DNA of 64,000 bases from Octopus vulgaris. Its lineage: Eukaryota. The position numbers and the translations under genes were made by a program. Positions within the stretch are counted from its first letter, which is position 1. Each line of letters starts with the position of its first letter. Positions 41,871-53,790 of the stretch are shown in pieces. The stretch spans positions 132,370,001-132,434,000 of the forward strand of contig OX597815.1 in assembly GCA_951406725.2 (NCBI GenBank), read 5' to 3'. The notes beneath the pieces were generated by a model. That model was not told the origin of the DNA and ran no database searches. It saw only the letters and a program-made list of their open reading frames with translations.

Positions 41871-44777
41871 GAAATAACACATGGTTATGTGTAGTGCGCA
41901 ATCTGGTGTACCAGGTGGTATATTCTGGTTTTGTTCCGGACCAGGAAGAACTCCTTTCGTCCACAGTGCTTGAAATGCATTGTTTTGTACACCATTTGTT
42001 TGTTCCTGATGACGGAATGAAGACCTGTTTTTGGTCTAGTTTTGTATATATTACTTCTTCTGTCTTTATTGAATGATGGGAAGACATCAGTAATAATTAT
42101 TTTTGTGTATATTATGTCTTTTATGGGTACTGGAAACGTTAGTCATATAGAGTACGTAGCTCTACTTTTCTCTTGTGTGTGTATGCGATTGTGTGTGTAA
42201 GGTATTTTTATGTTGTTAAGTGTCTAGGTTGGTTGTAATGACGTTACCATCTGGTGTTGAAGATAACAAGGAAGCCATATGATTTGGAAGGTGCTATTTT
42301 GTCTACTGATTTGATATATAAATCACCTAAATGTATACGTGGTTTACGTATGTTTGAAATTGTAGTGAGGCAGAGTCTAGAAAATAGTGAGAGCATGTAG
42401 TGTGATGAAATCTGTGCATGAATCTCTGTGCGTACATTGTAAAAGACGTGTGAAAAGAGAGATACTTCCGGTATTCTGTTCTGGATATTGCTATTCTAAG
42501 AGTGTTGTTCTTGTGATGTTCGGAGGCTTGGAAACGTGTTAGATAGTTAGCTAACCAGCGTTTTGTGTTGCTTTTTTGAAAAGTGGTATCGACTCGAAAA
42601 TCGTCACATGCGATGACAACGACCGATTTTAGCAGCCTCAGGAAGCTGCATCGGATACGGAAACAGTAAATTTCTCGAGAGGAAACCAATATGTGGATAA
42701 TGTAAGAAAAAAATTAGTGGAGGCAATTTTTGCCTCTTCAATTAGTTTACTATAAAACGCGCGCGCGCGCGTGTGTGTGTATGTATACTTGTATATATGT
42801 ATTTCTATATACAAACATGCAAATACACGCATATATATAATCTTTTAGCTTGTTTCAGTCATTTGACAACGGCCATGTCTGTATATATGTATACATAAAT
42901 ACATAAATACATACATAAAGCATAAATCTGCATATACATACATATATACATACGTACGTACATACATACAAAAATACCCCTGTTGTTGATGTTGAAACTC
43001 CAATGAAGGAGCCCTCGATCTAGGTTGGAAACCGATTCTTTCTCTATTGGTAAGAGATATCGAAATAAACTGAATAATGACATACATACATACATACATA
43101 CATACATACATACATACATACGCACATACATACATGCATGCATGCATACATACATACATACACATATACATACATACATACATACATACATGCATACATA
43201 CATACATACATACATACATACATACATACATACATACATACATACATACATACATTCACCACTCTTCTAATAGCTTCTGCAATTTCAAATTAGCAACCTA
43301 CTTACAGGCTCAGTCATGCCATCATAGCGCTACCATATTTTCTGCTGCCGTTGTTCGTAATTTATTTCACTCTTAAACCTCCTGCTAAAGATTCAACCCA
43401 TTCTCTCATCCCCGCCACAACTGCAAACGCCATTAATGTTCATTTTTTTTCCACAATTTTCCCATAGATGTTACTCTGCAGAAGCACTCACGCATTGTGC
43501 TCATGATTTTGTCAGTCCATTCTTTCCCAGTAAAATAGTATAATGAAAATCAAAGGTGAATTGTTCCTTACATTTTTAAATTCAACTTCGGATCTATCCT
43601 TAGAATATATATTTTACAAATTCTATGTAATTAGCCGAATGAGTAACACATTAGAGTGCCGACTGTATGTTTGATATGTCACTAATCAATAATAATAAGT
43701 GTCAATTCGGTCAGTCAGCGTTGCTGTAAAAAGATATCAAAGGGCATTACAGTTCATTGATTTAAGTAAAATTTATGTGTACAATAGTCTCCAGTGAAGT
43801 GTACGTGAGAATCAATGAGCTAGGAAGGCTGTTATATACACAGATTGAAGACAGAAATGGTGATGTGGTTCTTGAGTGAAACGTTATTTTAATCAAACCA
43901 CCTAAATGAATAAAGTAATTCAAAGAAACTTACAAATATACTAGCAATTATTACTATGTCATCTACGTGCACCAAGGAACAAATATTTCTAAAACCTATT
44001 TATATACTTCTTTATACATCGTAGTTTTACTTACGTCACAGAAGTCTAGATAAAAGGGTATTATCTGAAACCATATATATGCCGGTACTTATCAAAGCTT
44101 TCTAATAACGGAATGAATGCAGGCATCTGAAAAAGCAAAGCACTCGTTAATTACATAGTCCTGCGGCTGCTCTCTGCAGCAGTTATTGAAGCTATCGGCG
44201 ATTCTTACATAGCACTAGATCGAGCTAACGAAGAATCCTGTACTTGGTTACTCGAACTACTTGATATAGAAGACAAATCTCCTTCAAATTTCACTCTGCC
44301 ATCTTAAAGATTGATAAAAAATACTCGATAACACAATCCTAAAATCACGGTGCCAGTGAAAGGAATCGGTAAATTACGGTTGCAATGATAATTAGATGCT
44401 AAACTTTTGACAAACAGGATTTACCAAAGATAGATACCTAGCATCAAACTTTATCTCATTATCTGTCACATAACAAAGATTTCTTTTCAGTATAATTCTC
44501 AACAAAAAAAAATGGAACTTTTCTAGCTTTTGATTAAATGTATCGGAATTGGTGTTTCCAAAAGACTACCTGTTCTTTGAATTGTAGTTACTATGGCTGA
44601 GTATTCCATCAAATACTTGTACCATTAACATATAGTTAAGATTGATTCGCAGGGAAAAATCTAGCCCAATGAATTAAGGTTAATGTCTTCTTATAAATAT
44701 CCTCTCTACTTCTGTCTGCTAAATTTTGTTAAAGGCCTTACGTATAACCTTATGCGCCTGATTATGTTGCTCCATGT

Positions 44778-44975
44778 GAAGGCACATGGCTTAGTGGTTA
44801 GAGCAGTGAACTCGCGGTCGTCGGATCGCGGGTTCGAATCTCAGACCGGGCGATGTGCGTGTTTATGAGCGAAACACCTAAACTCCGCACGGCTCTGGCA
44901 GAAGGTAATGGCGAACTATTGCTGACTCTTTCACCACAACTTTCTCTCACTCTTTCCTCCTGAATCTAGCAGCGC
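44778..44975 (+). mobile_element. tRNA-derived SINE family C (5' part)
   Basis: Box A tggcttagtggtt and box B ggttcgaatc; aligns with 59576-59760. Confidence 0.8.
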
Positions 44976-45415
44976 ACGTGCGACACATCACCAATGAAGC
45001 TTGAAAACCTGTCTTTATAAGCCAAGCAAGGCTCGAGAAGGAACACACAACAGAATACTGGTACATAATTCTTTTATCTGAGCTCTCTAGACGATTAGTA
45101 ATGGCTGGAAAATCAACTATTTTCTCTCTCTGAAGCAAGGGAATCATTTCCGCGATACAAGCTTTCTTGTGAAGGACGTATGTTCACCAGGAAACAACAC
45201 CAGTGACGTCGTAACTCATTTGTACATGTGAGGGAACTGGAGCAACGCAAAATAAAGTGTCGCTCTTACGAACACAACATAAAACTCAAAATCTCATAAC
45301 TGTGAAGCCGTCCTTCTGACCACAGAACCAGGCGCCGCCATGAAACATGTTATAATGTATATATATAAAAATTAAAAATTGTATAATAAAGCAGCATTTT
45401 CGAACTTCATTTTTT

Positions 45416-45486
<71 letters not shown>

Positions 45487-45843
45487 TTAGCAGGCCTTTC
45501 TGCTGTTTTTTATACCAACTTTGACCCTCCGCAAATTCCAAATTATATTTTGCTTTGCGGGAGCAACTGTTTTTCGAAGATACAACTTGTCGTAATTGCT
45601 CTAAATGTGGATACATGTAGATAAAACAGCACAGAACTGACGAAGGGTCGTTCTTTATGTTACTTGTCTTGTTTTCCATTTGTTTCTTTCATTGTCCGCA
45701 AAAAAAGTTCGTACTCCATGTTTTCGTATTTCGTATTTTATGTTGCTTACGTTTTATAACGTCATGTATCCATATATGCATATGCATATACATATATATA
45801 TGTAAGTATGTACATATATGTATGTATATACGCACATATATAT

Positions 45844-45905
<62 letters not shown>

Positions 45906-45995
45906 GCCGAATATGCTCCTTTACCACTTTCGTTATAGCTTTGAAAAAATAATGGTTAAAATCGAACTTCAAAATTTGCACTAAGAACAAGCTGA

Positions 45996-48397
45996 TATTT
46001 TATTGCCCACAAGGGGCCAACGTAGATGGGACAACACAAATACATGTGGGGATATATAACACAAAACTTAAAATAAAATTACAAATAAAATTATAAAAAT
46101 GATAATATGAAATGAAAATGAAATGAAAAATGGAAATGAGCTGCTGTGCCTACCCCACCACAAGCACCGTCACTTACTCCTTTGGAATCCTTTCTCCACT
46201 TCGATTCCAAACTTTTCCAACAGAAACTTACATTCAATATTGACTGGTATATTTTTTATGTCCTCGTGTATTTTCCACATTTTCACACCCTTTTTATATT
46301 TCTTGACCTCCTCCATTTGCGCTTCTGAGATCAGGACACACATGTGCCATCCTAGTGTTTCCCAGCTTGTTACTTTTTGAATTAGTTCCGTGTTTTCCTT
46401 GTTTGTCGATATATAAACGTAATTCACTACGTGGGGAATGGGACTCTTTGTTCTTTGTTTTGCATGGGTTTCTTTTTTCTTTTTTGCTAGTATAGTAAGG
46501 GGAAGGGTCGGTTCTGTAGGGGTTGTTCGCAGAGGGTATGGGTGGCGCGGGTATGGTTTGGGTTCCACAATATACGGTTCCTTTTTTCTCTTCCTTTTTC
46601 CTTCAGCAAACTTCCATTCGTCTTCTCTTCCTGTTTTTCTTTTTCCACTTCCTTCTTTTCCGGTATCCTTTCTTCCGTCTGCTTCTGCTGAGAGCAGTGT
46701 GCTCTAATGTGGCCTTTTTGGCCACATTTAAAACAACGCAGAGTCCTGCCCTCCACCCACACTTTCAACTCTAGGTCTCCTTTCCATACCGTCTCTGCAA
46801 AGTTTTCTAGTGTCTCCTCTTCAGCCTGAACGATTAGTTCCAAAGTTTGGCCTCTCCAAACCGAGCGGTCCGTTTTTGTGGCTTGGAGGACGGCTACTTC
46901 TTCTTCACTTCCCAGGAGAACAGCTGCCACGACCCAAGCCACATCAATTTCCGGTGAATTTCCCTCCACCCTTATCTTTGATGTCTTTCTTCCCATATAA
47001 GTTGGTAGAAGGATCACCTTATCCATCTTTATTGTTTTTATCGCGTTTTCTCTTGCTTTTTCTTCTGTATTGTAGTGGATATGATAGTTCTGTACTTATT
47101 CCCTCTGCCAGGTACGGAATGGCTGGCAAGACTGAACATAATGCCTTTTCTAAAATTCCTTCTTCCATATGTTCGATTTTTCTTTCCTGTACCGAGTACA
47201 CTTTGTGTATCACAGTCTTTCTATTAATTTCTTCTATTTTCTTCTGGGGTGGTAACAGCCTAACGTCACCACCCACCTTGCATGACATTGTTTTCGTCTC
47301 TTTTGATATTTGCTACGTTAAAACTTAGATAAAACTTAGATATGTTTCGACCAGAGATTGGTCCAGGCCATGTCTAACTTAATAGCACCACCTGATAGGA
47401 TTATTCGAATCCTGTTTAAGTCAAGTTTTGTTCAAGTAGTGAGTTCTTGTTGGGTGAGTTGTATCCAGTTTTGTTCAAGTAGTGAGTTCTTGTTGGGTGA
47501 GTTGTATCCAATTATGGGTGGCTTGTCTGGTATTCTTTGAAGGAATCTATCCAGACTCTGTTTGAAGTTGATGGGATCCTTTTCCTCTTTGATCTCCCTC
47601 GGGACAATGTTAAATAGGGCAGGGCCTGTTGAGGAAAAGAAATTATGTTGCAGTGTACATGTATGTTGTGATCTTGAATTTGGCAGGGGACGTATAGCCC
47701 GTGGTCCAAGTCTCGGATGAACCTTGAAGCTAATGTTTAGGTCGTTTGGGCAAAGTTGGCGGTATATTTTCCACATCGTACAAATGATGTACCGCTCACG
47801 GCGACGCTGGAGGGAGTAAAGTTTCAAGGCTTTAAGGCGATCCCAATAGTCGAGAGCAGCCATGCCTTCAATTTGTTTAGTGAGAGCCCTCTGGGGTGAC
47901 TCAATTCTGGAGATGTTTTGTCTTGTGTGAGGAGACCACAGTGGGCAGCAGTATTCAAGGTGTGGCCGTACAAAGGATGAAAAAAGTGGTATGATGACAC
48001 CTTGTTCTCTGGACCGGAAAGTTCTTAAGATCCAGGAATTCATCCTACGAGCTGTATCGACCTTCTTGTTGATGTGTGCGCTCCAACTGGAGCTATTGAC
48101 TTCTTTCTTCTTTACTTCTGCCACTTCAGCGAAGCTCTTCTTTTACAGTACTTCTTTTCGATTGCAAGAACCATTTCCTCCTCCGAAGAGGACAATTCGG
48201 AACCACTAAGGTCTGAATAAAAATAACTTTTATCCATAGCTATCTCTCGATTTTATCGAGAGAAAGCACAACTTGACATCGCTGCTAAAGCAGCACAAAA
48301 CAACAATAATTCAAATAACAGCAACTTCAACCAATAATCAAACTTCAAATAAACTTTAACTCACCAAAAGAACAAACTTGCACTAAGAATAAGTCGA
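45996..48397 (-). mobile_element. RT-less Gag/ORF1-only element (copy A), interrupted by a CR1-type LINE piece
   Basis: ORF pieces 47019-47288, 46487-47026 (intact CFKCGQKGHIRAHC knuckle) and 46170-46568. N-terminal SFAEVAE lies beyond the insertion at ~48100-48140. Shared 3' tail at 45996. Confidence 0.75.
47320..48097 (-). mobile_element. CR1/L2-clade LINE 3' fragment (RT C-terminal region + 3' UTR)
   Basis: WSAHI...VRPHLEYCCPLWSP...IESPQR..TK..YWDRLKALKLYSLQRRRERY. 3' hairpin (gacca..tggtc) and (atctaagtttt)2 tail. Perfect 43-bp duplication at 47424-47509. Confidence 0.88.
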
Positions 48398-50091
48398 TTT
48401 CTTATTGCCCGCAAGGGGCTGACATAGAGGGGACAACACACGGAGATGTGGGGACATATAACAAATAAGAAAAAAGAACACAAGTGCATATTACAATGAA
48501 AGACAAAATGAAAATGGGAGAAGAAATGAAATATTCTCAGCCCCACCTCTGAGTTACTTCATTTTTACCTTTGCTCCTTTTTTTTCTTTTTGTACTTGGT
48601 GCCTTCCAAGATGTCGAAACCGTACTCCTTTACTAATTACGTGTAATCCATGTTCCATGGTAATTTTTGAACGTCTAGTTCGCCCTCCCACATTTTATAT
48701 CCTCCTTTGAATTTTGTAACTTTTTCCCTCTGCTCCTCGTCCAACAACAGGCAGCAATGCCACCCTTGTGCATTGTCGAACTTGCGAGTGTCCACCACTC
48801 ATATTTTTCCACTTTTTTATTTCTTCACACTGGTTCTTATTAGAATTGTCATACATAATAGCAAAGTTACTTCTTTTCTTTTTTCGGGAGGTGAGGAGGT
48901 CAAACGGTTTGAGTCTGACTGTATTTGCTTTTGTGTTGGAGACGTGGATAGGTTCAGTGTCTGTAGGGAGCGGGTGAGAAGAAGAGGGTGTGGGTGGGTG
49001 TTAAGTGGGGTGGCGTTCTGTATTTGTTTTACCTAGTTTCCTCTTTTTCTTTTCCTTTTCTTGCCATCTGTTCTGCTTTCTTCTTCTTCTGTTTCTGCTA
49101 CTGGTGGTGGTGTTATTTTTTTCCTTTTCTGTTGCCGGTTCTTCCTTTCACTTTTTGTCTTGTAGAGGGCAGTTTGTTCTAATGTGGCTACGCTTGTAGC
49201 ATCTGGGAATCCTGCCCTCTACTCTAACTACCATTATTACACCATCAAATGCTATTGTTTCCGGCAACTCTTCTATTATTTCCTTCGGTCCTTGTATCAC
49301 CATGTTTAGGGATTGCCCTTTCCAGGTTCTTCTTTCTGTCTTAGGGGCCTGGAGAACCGCTATCTCTTCCTCGTTGCCGAACAAGATAGCGGCTGCTTTC
49401 CAGGCTACGTCGACGTCTGGGGGGGGGGGTCCCTCTACTTTGACCCTTATGGCACGCCTTCCACGATATATCGGCAACATTACCACTTCATCAGTTTTTA
49501 AGATTGTTGCCACATTCAAGTTTGCTACGGTTGCATCCTTAAATTGAACTTCAACTGTTCCAAATTTTCTTCCTCTGGTTAGATATTTGATTTCCTTCAA
49601 GACTGGCCTTAGTGCTTTCTCTGCTTGATTCGTCGTCATTTCGTTGATTCTTCCTGCGTCCACTGAGTGTACCACCGTACATTCAATCCTAGTAATGATA
49701 ATATCCATTGGGGCTGCCACTCAACATTAGTTCCTTCCCTTTTCATCATTTTTTAATAGTCCTTCCACTCGTTCCTTTCCATATTTACTCCGATATTTTT
49801 GCCGTCTCTGCAAAGCTTCTATCTAGCCATGTTCTTTTCTCCTTCTTAGTGGTACATGAATTGGACACCTCAGTGTAGCTACTATATGAAAATCTGATAT
49901 CTTCCCTTTTTCTACCTGGCCTAACCTCCTCTATGAGGAGGGAAAGTACAACCAGACTGCCACAAGGCAGCAAAAACCAAAGTGTTCAGCGAACACTACG
50001 ACAGTTCAAACAACAGTACAACAATATTTAAACCACAATACAACAGCAATACAAACCAAATTCTTCAAAGCTTGCATTAAGAATAAGCACA
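48398..50091 (-). mobile_element. RT-less Gag/ORF1-only element (copy B)
   Basis: ORF 49148-49720 is homologous to copy A (LP.Y.GR....+.VEG, DVAW..AA.L.G.EEE.AVLQA.KT.R..W.GQ, VEGR..RC). C-terminal GWH.C...MW...GF/I domain at 48590-48780. Shared tail at 48398. Confidence 0.78.
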
Positions 50092-50198
50092 AGGTAAAAT
50101 TACTACTTGCTTTTATAGCAAGCTGATGCAGGTAGTTTATCCCGTCCCCCTCCGACATTTAGTTCATGGAGTTGAAAAATCCACATTGGGATGATCCA

Positions 50199-50233
<35 letters not shown>

Positions 50234-50285
50234 TGTATGTATGTATGTATGTATGTATGTATGTATGTATGTATGTGTGTGTATG

Positions 50286-50316
<31 letters not shown>

Positions 50317-50373
50317 GCATATATGTTCATTCATGCCCTACATATGTGCATGTGTAAATTTGTCTCTTTCTAC

Positions 50374-50422
<49 letters not shown>

Positions 50423-50476
50423 GTATGCATTTATGTATGCATGTATGTATGTTTGTATCTGTATGTATTTGTGTGC

Positions 50477-50523
<47 letters not shown>

Positions 50524-51289
50524 CGCATAATATATAGATATGTTTATATATATATACGTGCTGAAATTAACCATAACTTGGGTGTATATTATGTTAGAAT
50601 ATTAGGTAATAATAGTTGAACATTATATACTAGTGTCTATATGTGTCTATATTTATAATTAACCCCCATACTATGTTTCCTCTCTAATCCTTTCATTGTT
50701 CTTTTTTTATCTCTTTCTTTTGCTCATTTTATTCCCTATTTGTCTTCTCTGGCCCTCTTTCAATTTTCTCCTTTCTCTTTTTTTCCAACCCTTACCAATT
50801 GCTCTCCTTTTAAAATATTTATGTAATGCCTCGTCAAGTATCCAGCTCTTGAAACTAGTTTTTCTATTACTTAATGCAATAAAGCTACCTCTCATTATCC
50901 GTTCCGGTTAAGAATTCAAATGCACTTGCACCACCCAGTGTAGTGTTACAAGCAACAATGGTGATGAAATGTCCGTAGAAATTATCTAAATTTCACTCTC
51001 CCTCTCTTAAACACACACAATTACGTCAAATATAGTCATTTTTATTCGTTTGGCGTGGAAGCTGTAGGATATGCGGTGTAGCGTGCCATCGCATATATGT
51101 ATGCCTGAATGTATGTATGTATGTATGTATGTATGTATGTATGTATGTATGTATGTATGTATGTATGTATGTATGTATGTATGTGTTTGTATGCATGTAT
51201 GTATGTATGTATGTATGTATGTATGTATGTAGGTAGGTAGGTAGGTAGGTAGGTAGATAGATAGGTAGGTAGGTAGGTAGGTAAGTCGG

Positions 51290-51347
<58 letters not shown>

Positions 51348-51348
51348 T

Positions 51349-51379
<31 letters not shown>

Positions 51380-51844
51380 CTTTTTGGAAACTGCAGGGAC
51401 TATATTTAAGCATTACAGTATGAAAAGGTATTATGACATAATAGTTATTGACTCTTGTAGACCCGAATATTGTTTGAGGCATAACCCAGTTTGTTATATC
51501 ATCGTTTTTTTTTTTGTTTTCTTACCAAAAGGCAAAAACAAAATGCCACAAAATGTAAGCGAAGTCACTCACAGATACGTTGCGAATAGATGTTCATTTA
51601 AATGATAATCAAACTATGGAGAGGCATGGAAAGTATTTAGTCCAAATTAAGACAAGCCAATTGCAATTTATTGCTGCTTGAGAAACCTCGAGATGTGTTA
51701 TAAGATTAAATGATTTTAATGAGACCCAATAAAAAAAAGGTTCGTTACCGGCGTATTGCCATTCATTTGAAGGGGAAATATTCATAAAGACTAGCTGATA
51801 CACTGATCTCTCTAAGTCAATTGCCTCCTTACGTGCTTAACATA

Positions 51845-52495
51845 CAGTGGAAAGTATATATATCCCAACCCACGAAAAAGAGAATTCATGAGGCATGCCG
51901 TTATAACACTAGAACGAATGAAAAATGTATTAGTTAATCCGTAACTCGAGTTTCCCTATTAATAGCCGAATAAACTAATTTGGAATCTGTAGTTCATCAG
52001 CGGGATTCGCTAATTAATGAATAAATATGTAGTTAAAAATACGTACCAAAACACGTGCGCAAGACAGATACATCTTTATATTTCTTTACTGCCCACAAGG
52101 AGCTAAACATAGAGGGGACAAACAGGGACAGAAAAAGGGATTAAGTCAATTACATCGACCCCAGTGCGAAACTGGTACTTTAATTATCGCCCCCGAAAGG
52201 ATGAAAGGCAAAGTCAACCTCGGCGGAATTTGAACTGAGAACATAACGACAGACGAAACACCGCGAAGCATTTCGTCCGGCGTGCTAACGTTTCTGCCAG
52301 CTCGCCACCTTGACAGCTACATCTTTATCCATTAAGAATTCGAAATTAGTGCGCGAGCGTAATATTTATAGTCCAGCAATAAATAAAGAAATTTAAAACT
52401 ATCCTTTATAGCCTCAGAATTATTTTGTTCGTCCTAGTCTTATAACAGCGTGCCTCATGAATTTTCGTTTTCGTGGTTTGGGTTTTAACTTGCCT
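51845..52495. mobile_element. MITE-like element with ~55-bp inverted repeats, hosting a SINE
   Basis: 51868-51922 (ccacgaaaaagagaattcatgaggcatgccgttataacactagaacgaa) is the inverted copy of ~52425-52478. Confidence 0.7.
52080..52311 (-). mobile_element. SINE family B, full length with 17-bp TSD
   Basis: TSD gacagatacatctttat (52063-52079) / gacagctacatctttat (52312-52328). Box B-like agttcaaattcc. 3' tail shared with the ORF1-only elements. Confidence 0.9.
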
Positions 52496-52869
52496 GTCTA
52501 GCATGTAAAGAGTTCTGTCAATGGTCATCTCTTTATGTATAAAAATATAAGTATTTTATACTCTCTTATATTTTTAAAAATAAGTTTTCTTATTACTTTT
52601 ATTTATGCATGCTAACCACTCGTATTAAATCATTTGAATTTACTACCCTCATATTTACGATAGTATTATAAAATAATTTGCTAGGCGAAGTCTTCATCAA
52701 CAGGTACGCCTATATTAAACATATAAGTACAAGGCAATCCAGCATGTGCCTTGTGCTTATACGTTATAATTTTTCAAATCCACCGCGCAAGCGCTGTTTT
52801 TTTTGGCCGGCTGCAAAGAAAATAATACCGGCGTTACCTGCAAAATTTTCCAGAAAAATTTATCAATAA

Positions 52870-53274
52870 TTAATAATATCAGGGAAATAAAGATTTTAGA
52901 AATTTTTACTATCTGTGACCTAGCGTGTAGAAAACTTAGTCAATAGACTATATAATACTCATATACATACAGTGTACATTTAAACACATAAGAGGTATCC
53001 GTCATAGGATTCCTAGCACGCTAGAAGGAACAGCCAAAGTCCAAAACACTATTAGAGATGAAATAAAAACTTTAACCATCTATCTCCTGGACTTTGGTTT
53101 CTGACTTTTCTTTAGTAAAAAACATAGTTTGCTAGGCGAAGTCTTTATCAACAGGTACATTGTATAAATGTACATTGTATTTATATGAATAATATATAGT
53201 TTATTGACTAATTTTTCTACACGCTACGCCACTGGTAGTAAAAATTTCTAAAATCTTTATTATCCTGATATTAT

Positions 53275-53279
<5 letters not shown>
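52870..53279. repeat. Inverted repeat, ~110-bp arms (52870-52981 / 53166-53279), plus 31-bp direct repeat (52677 / 53128)
   Basis: Reverse-complement match readable by eye; the right arm abuts (TA)n. Confidence 0.85.
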
Positions 53280-53353
<74 letters not shown>

Positions 53354-53404
53354 TGTATGTGTGTATGTATGTATGTATGTATGTATGTATGTATATTTAT
53401 GTCA

Positions 53405-53482
53405 GGTCACTTTCAAGTGCTACTGGTAACATGTAACCCAGTACAACCTGTTGCATGGTCGGGTCGTCGGCGACTAAACTGG
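53405..53482 (+). ncRNA. HDV-like (delta) ribozyme fold, partly decayed
   Basis: P1 ggtcac/atggtc, P2 ccagt/actgg, P3 aca/tgc, L3 acctgt with CC pairing to GG (P1.1), P4 tcg-tcgg-cga, J4/2 CTAA. Confidence 0.68.
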
Positions 53483-53790
53483 CAACCCCACCAAGCAAGC
53501 TTGGTGAGGAGAGTGTTTATTGGACACCCTGCAGGATGAAAAACAAAGCCCGTCAAAGAGCGGAGGAACTCTTGAGAGTCAACGGCCATCCAATAAATGC
53601 CTTAAGGCTGTATCATGCGCAGGGACATAGAAATAATCGGACTGATTACCCGATCGCGCGGTTAAACCATTGGGAGTGAAGGACTCCTAGCCTTTGTTAG
53701 GGCATCCTTCTAGGAGAAGGTAACTCAGGTAACTGGGATAACTCCGACACAAAACCTACGGCTCAGTGGTTACCGATGATGTTGACTTGT
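53405..53790 (+). mobile_element. Short non-coding RTE-like retroposon (5'UTR-derived)
   Basis: HDV-like head, RTE-5'UTR-like motif gggca...ctaggagaagg.aactc, gatgatgttga tail, no ORF. Confidence 0.55.

Noticed and set aside
41870-42720. ORFs 41602-42087 and 42327-42689 as a gene or element protein
   Set aside because: No recognisable motif; possibly a decayed element but not assignable from sequence alone.
44778-44850. tRNA gene
   Set aside because: Box A/B present but no full cloverleaf, and it continues into SINE body shared with 59576.
45636-45660. CTGACGA as a hammerhead core
   Set aside because: No downstream stem II-GAAA-UH arrangement.
46487-49720. Retroviral or LTR gag genes
   Set aside because: No LTRs, PBS, protease or pol; the 3' tails are of non-LTR type.
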